DNA of 64,000 nt from Neoechinorhynchus agilis (taxonomy: Eukaryota; Animalia; Acanthocephala). Of the stretch, positions 1-11,123 are shown piece after piece. The stretch is taken from NCBI GenBank assembly GCA_051530055.1, contig CM121341.1:3462151-3526150 (forward strand), read 5' to 3'. The notes beneath the pieces are model-generated. The model searched no databases and had not been told where the DNA came from. It saw only the letters and a program-made list of their open reading frames with translations. Within the stretch, counting starts at the first letter, position 1, and each line of letters starts with the position of its first letter. The position numbers were made by a program, and so were the translations under genes.

Positions 1-26
1 CAATTACTATAATTCGCTATGTGCTA

Positions 27-216
27 CAATCACCACCGTCCGCAAAATCGGAGCTTCTCTCCGTCCTCGGCCTCGTTGTACTGCGAGCGAGATATTTTGT
101 CACAGGAATACACCTGATCGTGCGTCGCCGGTCGTTTCTCTCAATTTCTTCGACAGATCCTGGAGCAGAGTGCCGAGCTGCCAAGCGTTCCATACGTCTC
201 TACTCCGAAGGGGACA
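27..216 (-). mobile_element. 3' fragment of CRE-like (RLE-encoding) non-LTR retrotransposon
   Basis: Near-identical to 17037-17228 and 51083-51280. The minus strand reads AWQLGTLLQDLSKKLRETTGDARSGVFL, the C-terminal part of the restriction-like endonuclease. Confidence 0.75.
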
Positions 217-1443
217 CTCTCGTAAAATCATTTCGCATGTTTTATCGAGATAATTTACGAATTTCTCAATGTGTTCAAACAAAGACTTTACTAGGATCAA
301 AACAATTAAATAAATTTAATATTTGAAAGAGATGAGTACGATTTACTTTAAAAAAATAAACCGCATTAGATTCCATTTTAAACGAGTACGATAAGGCACC
401 AAGAAAAAGAGCTTGATTTAAAAGTTGATAAACGTTTCATTCAGTCATTTGTTGAATGCATTTAGGAAGTGGTACCTCATTATCCAACTTTCATTAAGGC
501 TAACCGATAGCAAGTCGCGTATCTTTATTTACAGCCAGCAAAATTAAAAACCTTTAACCGCTATCAGCTACTCAGATAAATTAAGTCCTCATAACACAAT
601 CAATAAGAAGTCGAGTGTATGAAATACATTACATAGATTAAAAAGCTCAGTCGCACAGTCATTCATCAAGATTTCCACGACATTAACGTACGAGCTTATT
701 TGATTGAAAGCTTAACCAAGTTTTTATACATCAAACTACGGAATATCCGCCACCCGAATAACCAGTTCATGGAAAACTAACGGGTAAAAATTCAACTTTA
801 TTTCATTCGTTTACATCTGCCGTCCCTAAAACAGCGAGATATTAGTCATTTTATTGGATTAAAAAGATCGGATCACGTATTGATTAACCAGTTACTATTG
901 CAAGGTTAATGGAAAACAATTCAAGTACGTTAAAGCCTAAGCAGAAAGACCCAAAATCCATTAGAGTGAAAAGTGAAGTATAAGCTAATCGATAGCAGCT
1001 TAAATGCCCTACAGCGATAAAGGCTCAAAAAATTCCACTAAGACATTTTTGCGAAAATGACCGATTGTTCAACTAAAAGTGAAAAGAAAAGTAGCCAATA
1101 ACAACTTAAATATTTTACACAGATAAAACTCAAACATACACACACAGGTTTATTCATCAGGTGGCAGTATGAGAAGAAAAACCAAAACAAGAAACTAATC
1201 AGTATCGTTCAACTAGACCATCTCATAAGTCTACTGTTGCAGAATCAAAACTCAAACGAATCCGAGTAGAACATTGAAAATGATCGATCGTACAAATAAC
1301 GAATCAAAAAAACCTGAAACACAAGTCATTCAACTTTTATTCCGGGTATAAGGAACAAACTAAAATTTAATGATGATATGAAAAAAACCGGCTTGTCAGT
1401 AAAAAAAACCTTAAAATAGAATACAGCGCTCACCATGAGTCTG

Positions 1444-1735
1444 AAAACTGGCTGAGTTTGTACATTTGGTAGTTGTGCTGAGGTGGTCAAGTGGACTAAT
1501 GCCCTTAATCCCAGTTGAGGGTTAACTGACTCGTAATCCACGATCGCCGATGACACTCACAACGAAAGGGGACGAAATACCTCGATGAAGGGAAGAGGAA
1601 ACTCACTAATGAGTCCCGCATCCTCGAGAGGTATTTGAGAATCCTGAGAGATGCGTACAAACTCTTAACCCTGCATTAGAAACTATGACGTTATATCACT
1701 TCTCTGATGTAATTGGTTTGGCCCTATGCCTAAAA
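1444..1735 (+). repeat. dispersed ~290-bp repeat, copy 1
   Basis: Homologous to the reverse complement of 35188-35460. Shared blocks: AAAACTGGC.GAGTTTGTACATT, GCTGAGGTGGT.AAGTGGACTAATGCCC and AAAGGGGACGAAATACCT.GATGAAGGGA. Confidence 0.75.
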
Positions 1736-1972
1736 ATAAGCAGGACCAGAAGACAAAAACTAAATTTTAAGGAAGATATAAAAACTAACTGAAAAAATAA
1801 CTTGAACATTTTACAGCGACAAAACACACAAATATATTCCAATTGGACTTTTTTTGCGCAAATGATCGATTGTACAAATAAAGATCGGGGAAAAGCTGAG
1901 ACACGGGTGATTCAACTTTCATTTAAAGACTAACCGAAAAAACAACTTAAATACTTTACAGCCCCTAAAGCT

Positions 1973-2113
1973 CCCGGTAATAGCACATTTGATTTTGATT
2001 TGAAATATTTCGCGAGGTGATCTCGCCTCATCAGTCATTGTTTTCGAAGAAAAATTCGAAGTCACCTCCTCGGCGAAATATTTCAAATCAAAATCAAGTG
2101 TGCTATTACCGGG
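1973..2113. mobile_element. foldback element with back-to-back hammerhead motifs (Penelope pLTR-derived, inferred)
   Basis: Inverted repeat CCCGGTAATAGCACATTTGATTTTGATTTGAAATATTTCGC ... GCGAAATATTTCAAATCAAAATCAAGTGTGCTATTACCGGG around the spacer TTTTCGAAGAAAAATTCGAA. Confidence 0.7.
2001..2037 (-). ncRNA. minimal type I hammerhead ribozyme motif
   Basis: Minus strand UGA-CUGAUGA-G-GCGAG(AUCAC)CUCGC-GAA-AUAU-U-UCA: conserved core, stem II, palindromic AUAU in place of stem III, and a 3-bp stem I (UGA/UCA). Confidence 0.7.
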
Positions 2114-2573
2114 ATTATCATCACCAAAATGAAACTTTGACTACCCCGAAGGATTTTTTATCGATGATTATTGTGTGTGTGTGTGAAAATGATCGATTGT
2201 ACAAATAAAGATCCGAAAAAAAAATTCAAAAGACTAACCAAAAAAACAACTTGAATATTAAAAAAAAGGTGAATAGAAAAAAGGATAATCTTCAAAGTCT
2301 ATCACACGACAATGTCCTTTGAAGCCACTTTGCCCTCGCATTACGCCAAATGATTTATTCATGAGGACAATTTGTCATCATCGTCAGAGTTTGTTGGATT
2401 GGGGTATTAGCGATTGAGCACGTGCGCACGGGAGGTTCGCTCTCGCTGATTGTTTGATAATCGTCGAAAATGGCGAGATAACGACGATTGGGACCAACAA
2501 GATCATCAGTACCACTCAAAAACTATTACTACGACACAATTGTGAGAGCGATGCACGTGCTCCGCGTTTGTCC

Positions 2574-3374
2574 TCATTTATCAGCGCCGTCATTATTGGC
2601 TGCTGCTGCTGCATTGGGCGATTCCCCAGTTTTCTCGCCCATAAGAACGTCCTGATTGTCAGACGACCACAACGTGAGATTATCACGGAGGAGTTGCATA
2701 ATCAAAGTGGAATCCTTATAGGATTCTTCATTGAGAGCATCGAGATCTGCGATGGCGTCATCAAATGACTGTTTGGCGAGATGGCAAGCTCTATCGGGCG
2801 CATTCATTATTTCATAGAAGAAAACGGAATAGTTGAGAGCAAGACCAAGACGGATTGGGTGAGTTGGTTCCATCTGAGCTTTAGCAATATCCATGGCTTC
2901 CTCATAAGCTTTCTGGCTCTCATCAACGACTTTTTGTCTCTCACTAGCGGTTTCAGGCGCAACTTCGGCCAAATAACGGTAATAGTCGCCTTTCATTTTC
3001 AAATAGAACACTTTGGATTCGGGGGCGGTAGCTTTGGGCAAAAGGAACTTGTCAATAAGTCCAAGGACTTCATTGCAAATATCCTGAAGTTCTTTTTCGA
3101 TCACAATACGGTAGTTTTTAGCCGCTTCAGCCCTGGGTGACGCTTCATTCGAACCGGCCGATTCAGCTTTTTGAGCGAAAGTGGAAAGTACACGCCACGA
3201 TGATCTACGAGCACCGACAACGTTTTTGTAAGCAACTGAGAGAAGGTTTCTCTCTTCTCCAGTTGGATCTTGGCCCAATTCAATCACGGACTTCATGGAT
3301 TTGACCATATCTTCGTACCGTTCGGCTTGTTCTGCCAATTTTGCTTTTTGGACTTCTTCTTCTCGATGGACCAT
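2574..3374 (-). CDS. 14-3-3: 14-3-3 protein (non-epsilon/zeta-like), single coding exon, 266 aa from MVHREEE
   Basis: Signature motifs [55 protein letters not shown] and [18 protein letters not shown]. The likely ATG is at 3374; the upstream in-frame extension is probably UTR. Confidence 0.97.
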   Translation of the reverse strand: MVHREEEVQKAKLAEQAERYEDMVKSMKSVIELGQDPTGEERNLLSVAYKNVVGARRSSWRVLSTFAQKAESAGSNEASPRAEAAKNYRIVIEKELQDICNEVLGLIDKFLLPKATAPESKVFYLKMKGDYYRYLAEVAPETASERQKVVDESQKAYEEAMDIAKAQMEPTHPIRLGLALNYSVFFYEIMNAPDRACHLAKQSFDDAIADLDALNEESYKDSTLIMQLLRDNLTLWSSDNQDVLMGEKTGESPNAAAAANNDGADK

Positions 3375-3623
3375 TTTGATTGTCGACGCTTGTTCTAAAA
3401 AAAGACTGAAAATCAACAGCTCCTCCTGTTCGTTAGGGTGGTGGTGGTGGCGGGGGTGGCGGCAATAAGGAGCCGAATACACACGCGAGGGAGAGAGGGT
3501 GCGCGTGAGACAAATATAGACGTGGTGTTCGTTGTTGCACACGCGCGCGCTCGGCGGCATATGTGCAAAAGATTTGTGATTTGTGATTTGTGAATCGTGC
3601 GCGTACAAGAAGAGAAAGTAGAG

Positions 3624-3631
3624 TGACGTCA
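3624..3631. promoter_or_regulatory. palindromic cAMP-response-element-like site upstream of 14-3-3
   Basis: TGACGTCA ~250 bp upstream of the ATG, with further TGACGTG cores at ~3665 and ~3726. Confidence 0.3.
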
Positions 3632-3929
3632 TTTCTTCCCCTTTGAGTAAGCATCAACGCCTCATGACGTGGCGTCGTGTATGCCGGTGGGGAAAGGAGC
3701 AAAAACACGACTCACGATGATCTTTTGACGTGTAAACAAGACCTCTCGATGTAAACACACACCAAGAAGCCAAATGAAATCACGGAAAAAAGAAGGGAAG
3801 AACATCGATTCAAAATTCACATTCAAAAAGATAACAAACATGAGTTGAAAAAACTTACAAGGCATATGAGAAGGCCGAAAATTATCAATAATGTCATGAA
3901 ATCATTCACACCACCGCTCTGGATCGCTC

Positions 3930-4095
3930 AGCTGTCGTCCTGGTTCAAAGGACGGATGCAGCGTTCCCCCGTTGGATATGTTTTGTAGGAGGAATGCTCC
4001 TGATCTCGGATCGCCGGTGATACCGGGTCCTAAGCCGAAGTACCAAACGACCCGAGAGTCTCGACGCCAAAAAGAATAAAATAATGATTTCAACC
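3930..4095 (-). mobile_element. CRE-like non-LTR 3' fragment (RLE C-terminus)
   Basis: Frameshifted minus-strand pieces FGVETLGSFG, TGDPRSGAFLLQNIS and IQRGNAASVL. Confidence 0.7.
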
Positions 4096-4810
4096 CAAGT
4101 CGAAGTATTTTGTCCTTTTCTCCTCCGTTTTAATAGTGGCGATTTGTTATGTAATTCGCTATAGAAAAAAGTTAAAATGATGAACATCTTTACAGAGAAT
4201 TAAAAGTGTTCATAAATAGGTTGTTTTTAAATGACGAGGAGAGAAAAATTAAATTTATTAGTTTCGGAAAGGTACACAATCTTGTATACACGCTTTTTGA
4301 TCATTTTCGAGCGCCATGAAAATAATCCACCCGGTCATAACCTATTTTAAATAAATCATTTATTTATAAAGTATTATAAGAAATTAAAAACCTCAAACGA
4401 TTAACCCTTACACTAGGACGGCAGCTGAGTGATCCAGAATTAGGACTATCGTCTTTTTGTTCAAATACTGTCGTTTCCGGCAATAGATTGAAGTTTCAAA
4501 TAAGAGTCCGAGGCTCATATTGTAAAAATTAGCTTCAAATGACGACAAGAATTGAATTATTTGACCGACAATTATTCACTATAATGTCGATTATAAATAT
4601 TTAATTAAAAACGTTATTCCAATTTTGCATTATTTAATCCAACTGAAAGTAATCTCGATTTTATGGAAAGAAGCAGGTTTCAGAAAAGAGTCGTCGTCTT
4701 ATTGCTCAAAGGAATGCGAATTGAGAACAAATCGTTTATACTATTACAATATTTTGTTTTAAAGTAAAAAAATTTACACCACTGATGGGAACGAAGGAAT
4801 ATCTTTATTC

Positions 4811-4990
4811 ATCGACAGAGGAAATCCTTTTGGGTTAATCAAAGTGTATACTTTTGGTGAAAATAATCCCCCGGTCATAACCTATTTGATTTTGATTTGA
4901 GATATTTCGAACGAGGTAACCTCACCTTATCATTGTTTCCGGAAAAAATTCGAGTGACTGATGAGGCGTGGTTTCTTCTTTCGAAATAAA
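4811..4990. mobile_element. degenerate foldback hammerhead element
   Basis: CCCGGTCATAACCTATTTGATTTTGATTTGAGATATTTCG..CGAGGTAACCTCACC (minus-strand motif), spacer GTTTCCGGAAAAAATTCGAG, then plus-strand TGACTGATGAGGCG..CGAAATA. The left flank matches 54125-54170. Confidence 0.6.
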
Positions 4991-5044
4991 GTGAAATTTC
5001 GGTTTTTTTTGTTATAAATCAATGAATTTTATCGGTAAATTCTC

Positions 5045-5175
5045 TTGAACCACAAAACTGAGTATTAGAATTGAATGCACTTCTAAAAGATTGTTGTAGG
5101 ATTATCCATTCAAAGCATCTTAATCCGAGAAAGCGTCGCCAAATGACTGTTTGGCGAGTCAGGTGCATTCATTAA
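5045..5175 (-). pseudogene. 14-3-3 pseudogene fragment (C-terminal helices)
   Basis: Shares CAAATGACTGTTTGGCGAG exactly with 2762-2780. Minus strand reads LAKQSFGDAFSD*DALNG*SY versus [21 protein letters not shown], with in-frame stops and indels. Confidence 0.7.
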
Positions 5176-5204
5176 ACCAATCGGCAGCGATTGGACTTGC
5201 ACAT

Positions 5205-5310
5205 CGCAGGGATTGAGCAAGCCACGCCGAAGCCTAGTGTCGAAGCGAGACCAAATGCTGGATCATTTGTTTGCGGCCTCGTTCTTTGGCGTCAACACAA
5301 GTACCAAAAA
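5205..5310 (+). repeat. dispersed repeat, copy of 12795-12930
   Basis: Both sites share GGATTGAG.AAGCCACG.CGAAG.CTAGTG.CGAAGCGAGACC and TTGCGGCCTCGTTCTTTGGCGTCAACACA. Confidence 0.7.
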
Positions 5311-6599
5311 GGTTTCAGAACTCCTTCTCAAACCAAGGTTCTGAGCAACGTGTTTTTTCTTATTGATGAATTCGTCTGATGCAGTTTTCAATTTAGATTC
5401 GGTAATATTAGTCGTTAATTTGTAGACGGCCTAAAAGAGTACTTTGCATCCAACTTTTTATCGGATAATCAGCCTTGCGATTCAGGAGGCAATGGAACAT
5501 CAAGGTGTTCCTCCGTTACCATCGGAACTTTTATAAATGACTTGTAGCAAACAACTTCAATTTATTATTGAATTTTAATTCTTTAAACACTGGGTTTTGA
5601 GATTTCTTAGGTTTAACCTAAAACTAAACGTGAATGATGCTTAAAAAATTTGTTACGACATTTTGTCTGAATAAAGCAATATTTTTTCTCATTATCGTGA
5701 CTACTGAAATTATCATTTTTTCTATTGGATTTTTATTCTTTAAATACTTGAAATTTTTCTGAAAATCCATATTTAACATATCGATGCTCACTCTGAACAT
5801 CAATACATTGCCAATTTTCTAAATGCTGATTGAAGCGCTCTTCTACAACGCGATATTTTCAAAAAATAAATCACGAACTCACCAAAATGTCGATTGGGTA
5901 CAGTTATTCATTAAGAAAGATTTAAAAATCGCCTGTCCATTTTGTACAGTGTTGTTCCATTACCCAATATCCTTAATGATCCATCAGCATAATTGAGCAA
6001 CTTATTGTCTAAAAGTTCTTCGCATAATTAACAGTTCGAGTTGATTGAAAACAATTCTGCTTTAGAATAAGAATGACTTTTATTGAGGTAAAAGATCTCA
6101 AAAAGTCATTTACGGCGCAATAATAAATCGAATTTTGTTTCTGCGACTTCATTTGATGAGTTGATATAAAGTATTTCGAGATGGATCGACGGCGTGATAA
6201 CTATTACGAGGTTCTAAGTATTTATAAACGTTCCATTTGTCTCTTTGGTAGCCGTTCGAAAATGGTCGATATGAAAACAACTAGCTCTTAACCTTTTTTT
6301 TCAAGTATTGTTGCCGGCAATCCATTTGTTCTGTAAATAAGTACTGTAATCGAAGGGATTTAAAATTTCCATCGACTTATGCGTTTGCTGTTTTTGATTT
6401 GTGTGTCTAAAATGTTATAAAATCAATAAACATTGTTAGATTTGCATACCAAATCCAAGCAGTTCGCACGAAACGTCCACTTAATCGCAACATTGAAATC
6501 TTTTAAATTATCATAATTGGTTACGATTCGTTTCAGCCCCATGATTGATCAAGTTTTTAATATTGGCACTTTGGCTGTTGTACTGACAAAAAGAAAATA

Positions 6600-7240
6600 T
6601 TTATTTTTGAGCTTTCACCATCTTCCTTAGGAATCTACAAAGGCGCATGGAGAATAATGGCCACAAAGCTAACTCGCGTTGAAAGCTTTATTAGTCGCTG
6701 TGGCACTCTGAGTGGTGCTTTGTCCGTAGTGTAGTCATGATTTTGCGTCCGGATTCAGTGCATTCCGAATGTTTTCCGTCAAACATTGACGCAAAGGCCG
6801 TTCAGTATCGCCAATTGAGATGCCCCGCGATTACCACAAAGTTTGGAGTGCAAAACGACTCTTATCTGTTATTTGTGTCCACGAACTACCCTGGGCACGA
6901 TGCTGGACATATTTCCGGCGTTTCATTATGTCCAGTTCTAGTCAAGATTTGCCTAAGTGTGGACTCATTCCTATGGAAAATCCGAGCATCCATTCTCGAT
7001 CGTCGCAGAAGCTTTTTCGGACGTCAATAGTGAATTTTTCACTGACATATTTTTATCTTTTGAATCGATTCCATAAGCGATCATTGTTCCATTTCTCAAT
7101 TCTTGAATCACAATGCCGCTGAACCGCATATCAGCGAAAATTGCTTTCACTTTGTCTATCTCCAATCGTTTCTGCGATAATTGCGATGTGCAAACCGGTG
7201 CTGTTTTGTGGATCTCAGCATAAATTGCTTGTTTCATCAC
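6600..7240 (-). mobile_element. possible decayed APE endonuclease of a LINE
   Basis: Minus-strand pieces FSGIVIQELR (compare dIl.lQEtr) and NFVVIAGHLNWR..ESGRKIM (compare iv.GDfNar...nG..l), broken by stops and frameshifts. Confidence 0.4.
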
Positions 7241-7429
7241 TCAAAAATATAATGGTAATCTTTGTGTATGACTATCCTTTTACTGCACGATGAATGCGCG
7301 ATGCAATGAATCAAATTTAAAGTTGTTCGTGTATTTATTTTTCTGGTAATATAGAAATCGATTAATTGATTCCGTGCCCGTCTCATAGGACTTCGGGTGG
7401 CTTTATTCTGAGTTTTATTCTATAATCAA

Positions 7430-8375
7430 CCTTATTTTACTGGATCGATGATCACACTTGCATATCGATCGTCACTTCGCATCAATACACTGACGTTGTC
7501 AAAATTGATCTCATAATTCGATATAGAGTGACTCACCATTGCTGAGCTTTGGCCCATCTTCTTGTTAAATAGCGTTTCGATGTTCACCACCCCTGCGTTG
7601 TAGATTGTCAGTCTGCCCAATATAAAGACTTGTTGGCAGTCTTTACAGAGTATCTCATAGACGCACCCTTCCGAGATGGATTTGGCTAACGGATTAAAAC
7701 AATGCTGGATAATTTGTTGCCGGCTCTGCAAAAAAGGTATGCAATTCCTTGTTGGTCCGTTTTGCGACCTAAGGATTCGATTTTTAAAACGGAGCTCCAA
7801 TAATCGTTAATGAATGGAACTTCCACGAAAACCCCTTCTTTGATTCGTTCCGTTTCCTGAATGAGAGTGAGTCCCGAATACAGTGAGCCATCTTGCTACC
7901 CGGATAACCTCTCGTTACCAGCATGTTGCTCAGCAGATGTAATTTACGGCATAGGCGATTCTGATCAGAGCAATATCGAAATGCTCTGTTTAGTAAGGTT
8001 CTGATCCTCGTTACTTTGTAGGATACCGGCTGGGCAGAGGTCCGTGGTACCACACCGTGTGGAATGTTTCCATTTCGATACACCGTAGTCCCAATAACCT
8101 GAGTTTTGTCGTCTTGTGAGAAGGGAACGCTAAGATGCTTTTTCCATGTCCCATTGTATATATCGATCCTTCGTGTTTAACAGATCACACAATTCATCCT
8201 CAGAAAATGTTGACCGCTTCATCAGGATGAACGTTTCATCGACATATCTGAGCCAAAGATTTATTCAAGGTATTGTGGCGATATGATCCTTCTCCCATTT
8301 CGATATATAGAGCTCCGCCAGTGCAGGTGGCAGTGAACTACCCATCGCGATACCATCAATCTTACCGTAGCTGCG
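7430..8375 (-). mobile_element. decayed Penelope-like element (RT + GIY-YIG)
   Basis: Minus-strand YGKIDGIAMGSSLPPALAELY, WLRYVDETF, RIRTLLNRAFRYCS..LVTRGYP and GCVYEILCKDCQQVF. Confidence 0.85.
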
Positions 8376-9200
8376 AATGGCGTCCCAGTGAAGGTCTTTT
8401 TCGGTCTACGGCGGCCATCGAGTCGACAAAGATTGCTCGGCTATAGGATGTTGGGCACTTTCATAGAATTCAGGGTGCGAAAAAGAGCATTTCGTTCACT
8501 TCGGCATGTCGTAAGTGTACCTTCCGCCTGATTGCCGACAGACGAGACCATGGCATCCGGATGGATCCAAAGTCGCTCAGCAGCGGCAGCGATAGGATGG
8601 GCACATCGGTACCCCAAGTCTCAGGGACGCTGCAATCCTTACTGTCCCGTTGGAGAGAAGGAACATCATTGAGCCAAGCACCCGATTCTCTAGTTGAAAC
8701 TGCCGCCAATCAATTTCGATTCACCAGGTCACGATAATCTGAAATTATAGAGTTATGAATTCGCGCGGCCAGAAGTGAGTCCCAAACGGATTGTTTGCTA
8801 CCCTTGACAGATACCTACTTACTACCGAAATCTTCACACCAAAATTTAAGAGCCGCCGCGAAATCTCCATCCAAGCTTTAATCCTCGCAAACATTTTTAA
8901 GTATCCAGAAACTTTGGTATCGTTTTCGAGATCTTTCATTAGTTGAGTAGACATTAAGCTTTCCTCCCGTTGTACATCATCGGAACAAGGTACTCCCAAT
9001 ATAAGATTTCTCTTGGTTGAATCGGGTTAGAAATAATCGAGATGGAGTGAGGCAACTTCTTTGAAACAGTCTCGAGATTTGCTAGACCCGAGGATGGGCG
9101 CTTTGGATTTTATTTCTAGCAAGTAATTGCTCCTTCAGTTCCGAAGTGATTGAGAGCTTCAGAACACTGGGTGGCCGTTTGCCACCGTTTCCCCGCAACA
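8375..9200 (-). mobile_element. decayed, internally deleted CRE-like non-LTR element
   Basis: AVSTRESGAWLNDVPS, RRKVHLRHAEVNE and HWDA pieces match the CRE-like element at 51-53 kb. Confidence 0.6.
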
Positions 9201-10006
9201 ACCGGTTGCGAAAACATTGACAGCGTATTATCATATATGTTAACAATTAAACGTTTTCTAATTTGCCAAAAACAGTCTATATCGATCAATACGTTTTTAT
9301 ATTTTTACCATTATTCGGTAAATCAAAATTCGTAGTGTTTTGTACACTTCATGATTAAAATTTCTCCCAAACGAGGCGTCTATGCTGAGAGTTGTCAGAA
9401 ATAATTCGCACATCAGTTTCTATCCATTAGCCACGAGTCATCTGATTTTCAATGATAGAGCTTCGCCGAATATACCGTTGATATTTTTGATTTGTTAAGC
9501 ACTGAAAAATCTGATACTGAGCACGTAAACATTATTGGAGCCAAGAAACGATTGTTTGTTGAAAATATACTAAATGCAGTCGCTCATAGGTTTAGGATAA
9601 AAGAAATTTATATGTAAAAGCGTTCTATTAAGATTTTAATCCAGTATTTATTGATCAGAAAAGGTTTTCTTAACGAATCTACATTTCCACGATGGCCAGT
9701 CGGCACATTTTAGCTGTTGTTGATAGTAAAAGTTCCGATAAGCGTCGATGATACGATGATTTGTTGAAATAGTTTTTGTATAAAATGTCATCAGGTATTT
9801 ATAAAATTTAGTTAATTTCACTTTCTTTGAATTTATATTGATCGATCGAAACAAGCGTGCTTTAGATGAATCGACTTCTTCAAACTATTGGACAAAGCCT
9901 AAGTCATGGTAAATAATAAACAATATTTTTGTCACTATTTAAAATTTGTCTATAAGGATTAAAGCCACGATTACTAAAGGACCCAGCTTCAATCGAAATA
10001 GGAATA

Positions 10007-10985
10007 ATGAATTCGTCGACAGAGAAAACGGTTTATGACTTACTGATGAAAGATTTCTTCGCTCGGGAGCCATTGTGCAATTCCCTATTTTTAAGATCAG
10101 CTAAAGAAACTGAGGAAGTGTGTAGCAAATTTTTAGAATACGGTATAGCGTCCAAGCTGTCTTCAGTCGCCGTAGACAAGAAAGCAGGACGTGCAGCCGG
10201 AGTTATAATTGCTTATATTGAGAAGCCAGGAATGGAAAGTCCACTTAGCGTTGCAGGACCGAGTAGCAAATTCGTCTATATTTCTGAAATTCTAGATCAA
10301 GTGACAGTTGACATGTATGCTTACTTTGGGACCGATCAGCTACTTTGTTTGATGATAGCGAGTGTATTAGAGGAGTATGCTGGTTTAAAAATTGGTCAGA
10401 AACTAACATCTAAGTGCCTGGAAGCAGGAATAAAGTGGAATTCACGTTTAGCTCATTCGAAACCTTTTCGTTCACTATCAAATCAGTTTAGATCAAAATT
10501 TTAGATTTTTACGAATGAAAATGGTCTAAACACATATATCATCGTCCGGGGGGTGAATGATTGTATTATACGTTAGCGAATCCTGCCCCCGGTGTTATCG
10601 ATATTCATTTAATTGAGAAATATTTCACAAGGTTTTCCTTGCCTCTTCAGTCGCTATTGCTAGTAAGTTTTTAAATAGGAAAACCTTGCGAAATATTTCT
10701 CAAATAAATGAGTAACGGCAACACCGGGGACAGGATTCGCCAACGTACTATCTTAAATCTATTCTTTAAATACAGAAAATCATGAATTCCACAGTAAAAA
10801 GAGGCTTAAAAGGAGCTTTTTCACAGACGACAAATGCTCGCTCAACGACAATGTTACAAAGACAAGGATTTAAGGTTATAAAATCGATTGAATACTCCAA
10901 TTATCTAGACAGAGAAGGGAAACCAAGATTTAAGGGAGTAAAAGGAAGTATAAGTTTGCTTGAAAAAAGACTTGTTTTTTACTAA
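10007..10985 (+). CDS. insect-type arylalkylamine N-acetyltransferase-like GNAT protein in two coding blocks (about 10007-10430 and 10776-10985)
   Basis: The first block has DFFAREPLCNSL, VAVDKKAGRAAGVII and LMIASVLEEYAGLKIGQKL (acetyl-CoA motif A). The second has GAFSQTTNARSTTMLQRQGFKVIKSIEYSNYLDREGKPRF. Exact splice junctions are unresolved. Confidence 0.75.
10571..10745. mobile_element. foldback hammerhead element, subfamily 2, inside the GNAT gene
   Basis: Arms CGTTAGCGAATCCTGCCCCCGGTGTT..TTGAGAAATATTTCACAAGGTTTTCCT and AGGAAAACCTTGCGAAATATTTCTCAAAT..AACACCGGGGACAGGATTCGCCAACG. Confidence 0.75.
10614..10653 (-). ncRNA. hammerhead ribozyme motif
   Basis: Minus strand CGA-CUGAAGA-G-GCAAGG(AAAA)CCUUGU-GAAA-UAUU-UC-UCA. 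Stems I and III are imperfect. Confidence 0.55.
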
Positions 10986-11023
10986 ATATACCGATTGTTC
11001 AAATACTGCTTTATTAGTGCGTG

Positions 11024-11031
11024 TATAAAAG
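11024..11031 (+). promoter_or_regulatory. candidate TATA box for the second 14-3-3 gene
   Basis: TATAAAAG 100 bp upstream of the ATG at 11124; a second TATAAAA at ~11059. Confidence 0.35.
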
Positions 11032-11123
11032 GGGCAAAATGACGATGTGCTAGCAAAGTATAAAATCTATAAACATTATCAGCATTCAAATGCGTTTTCA
11101 CGCGTGCCGTTTTTTTTAAAGTG

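Larger units (their letters stand above)
480..2260. repeat. old degenerate tandem/locally dispersed repeat
   Basis: Recurring motifs AATGATCGATTGTACAAATAAAGATC (~1278, 1860, 2188) and GACTAACC(G/A)AAAAAACAACTT(A/G)AATA (~1928, 2232; weaker at ~1095, 1786), plus TAACC..TACAGC variants at 500-1020. Confidence 0.5.

Noticed and set aside
1478-1550. tRNA gene (A-box-like start GCTGAGGTGGTCAAGTGG)
   Set aside because: The anticodon loop is 6 nt rather than 7, and there is no T-arm/B-box (GTTCRA) or acceptor 3' strand.
1568-1617. Circularly permuted (type II) hammerhead: GGGAC-GAAA ... CTAATGA-GTCCC
   Set aside because: The core is CUAAUGA, there is no valid stem I/III plus UH, and the second copy of this repeat lacks the segment.
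2355-2390. Hammerhead-like CUGACGA..hairpin..GAAU in the 14-3-3 3' region
   Set aside because: GAAA is not matched, there is a mismatch in the stem, and no stem I partner; likely chance.
3375-3632. 86-aa His-rich N-terminal extension of 14-3-3
   Set aside because: Not homologous to any 14-3-3 region I know, contains a splice-acceptor-like site and promoter-like low-complexity sequence; MVHREE matches the normal start position.
4401-4836. piggyBac-type MITE bounded by TTAACCC..GGGTTAA
   Set aside because: The putative TIRs do not match beyond CCC.
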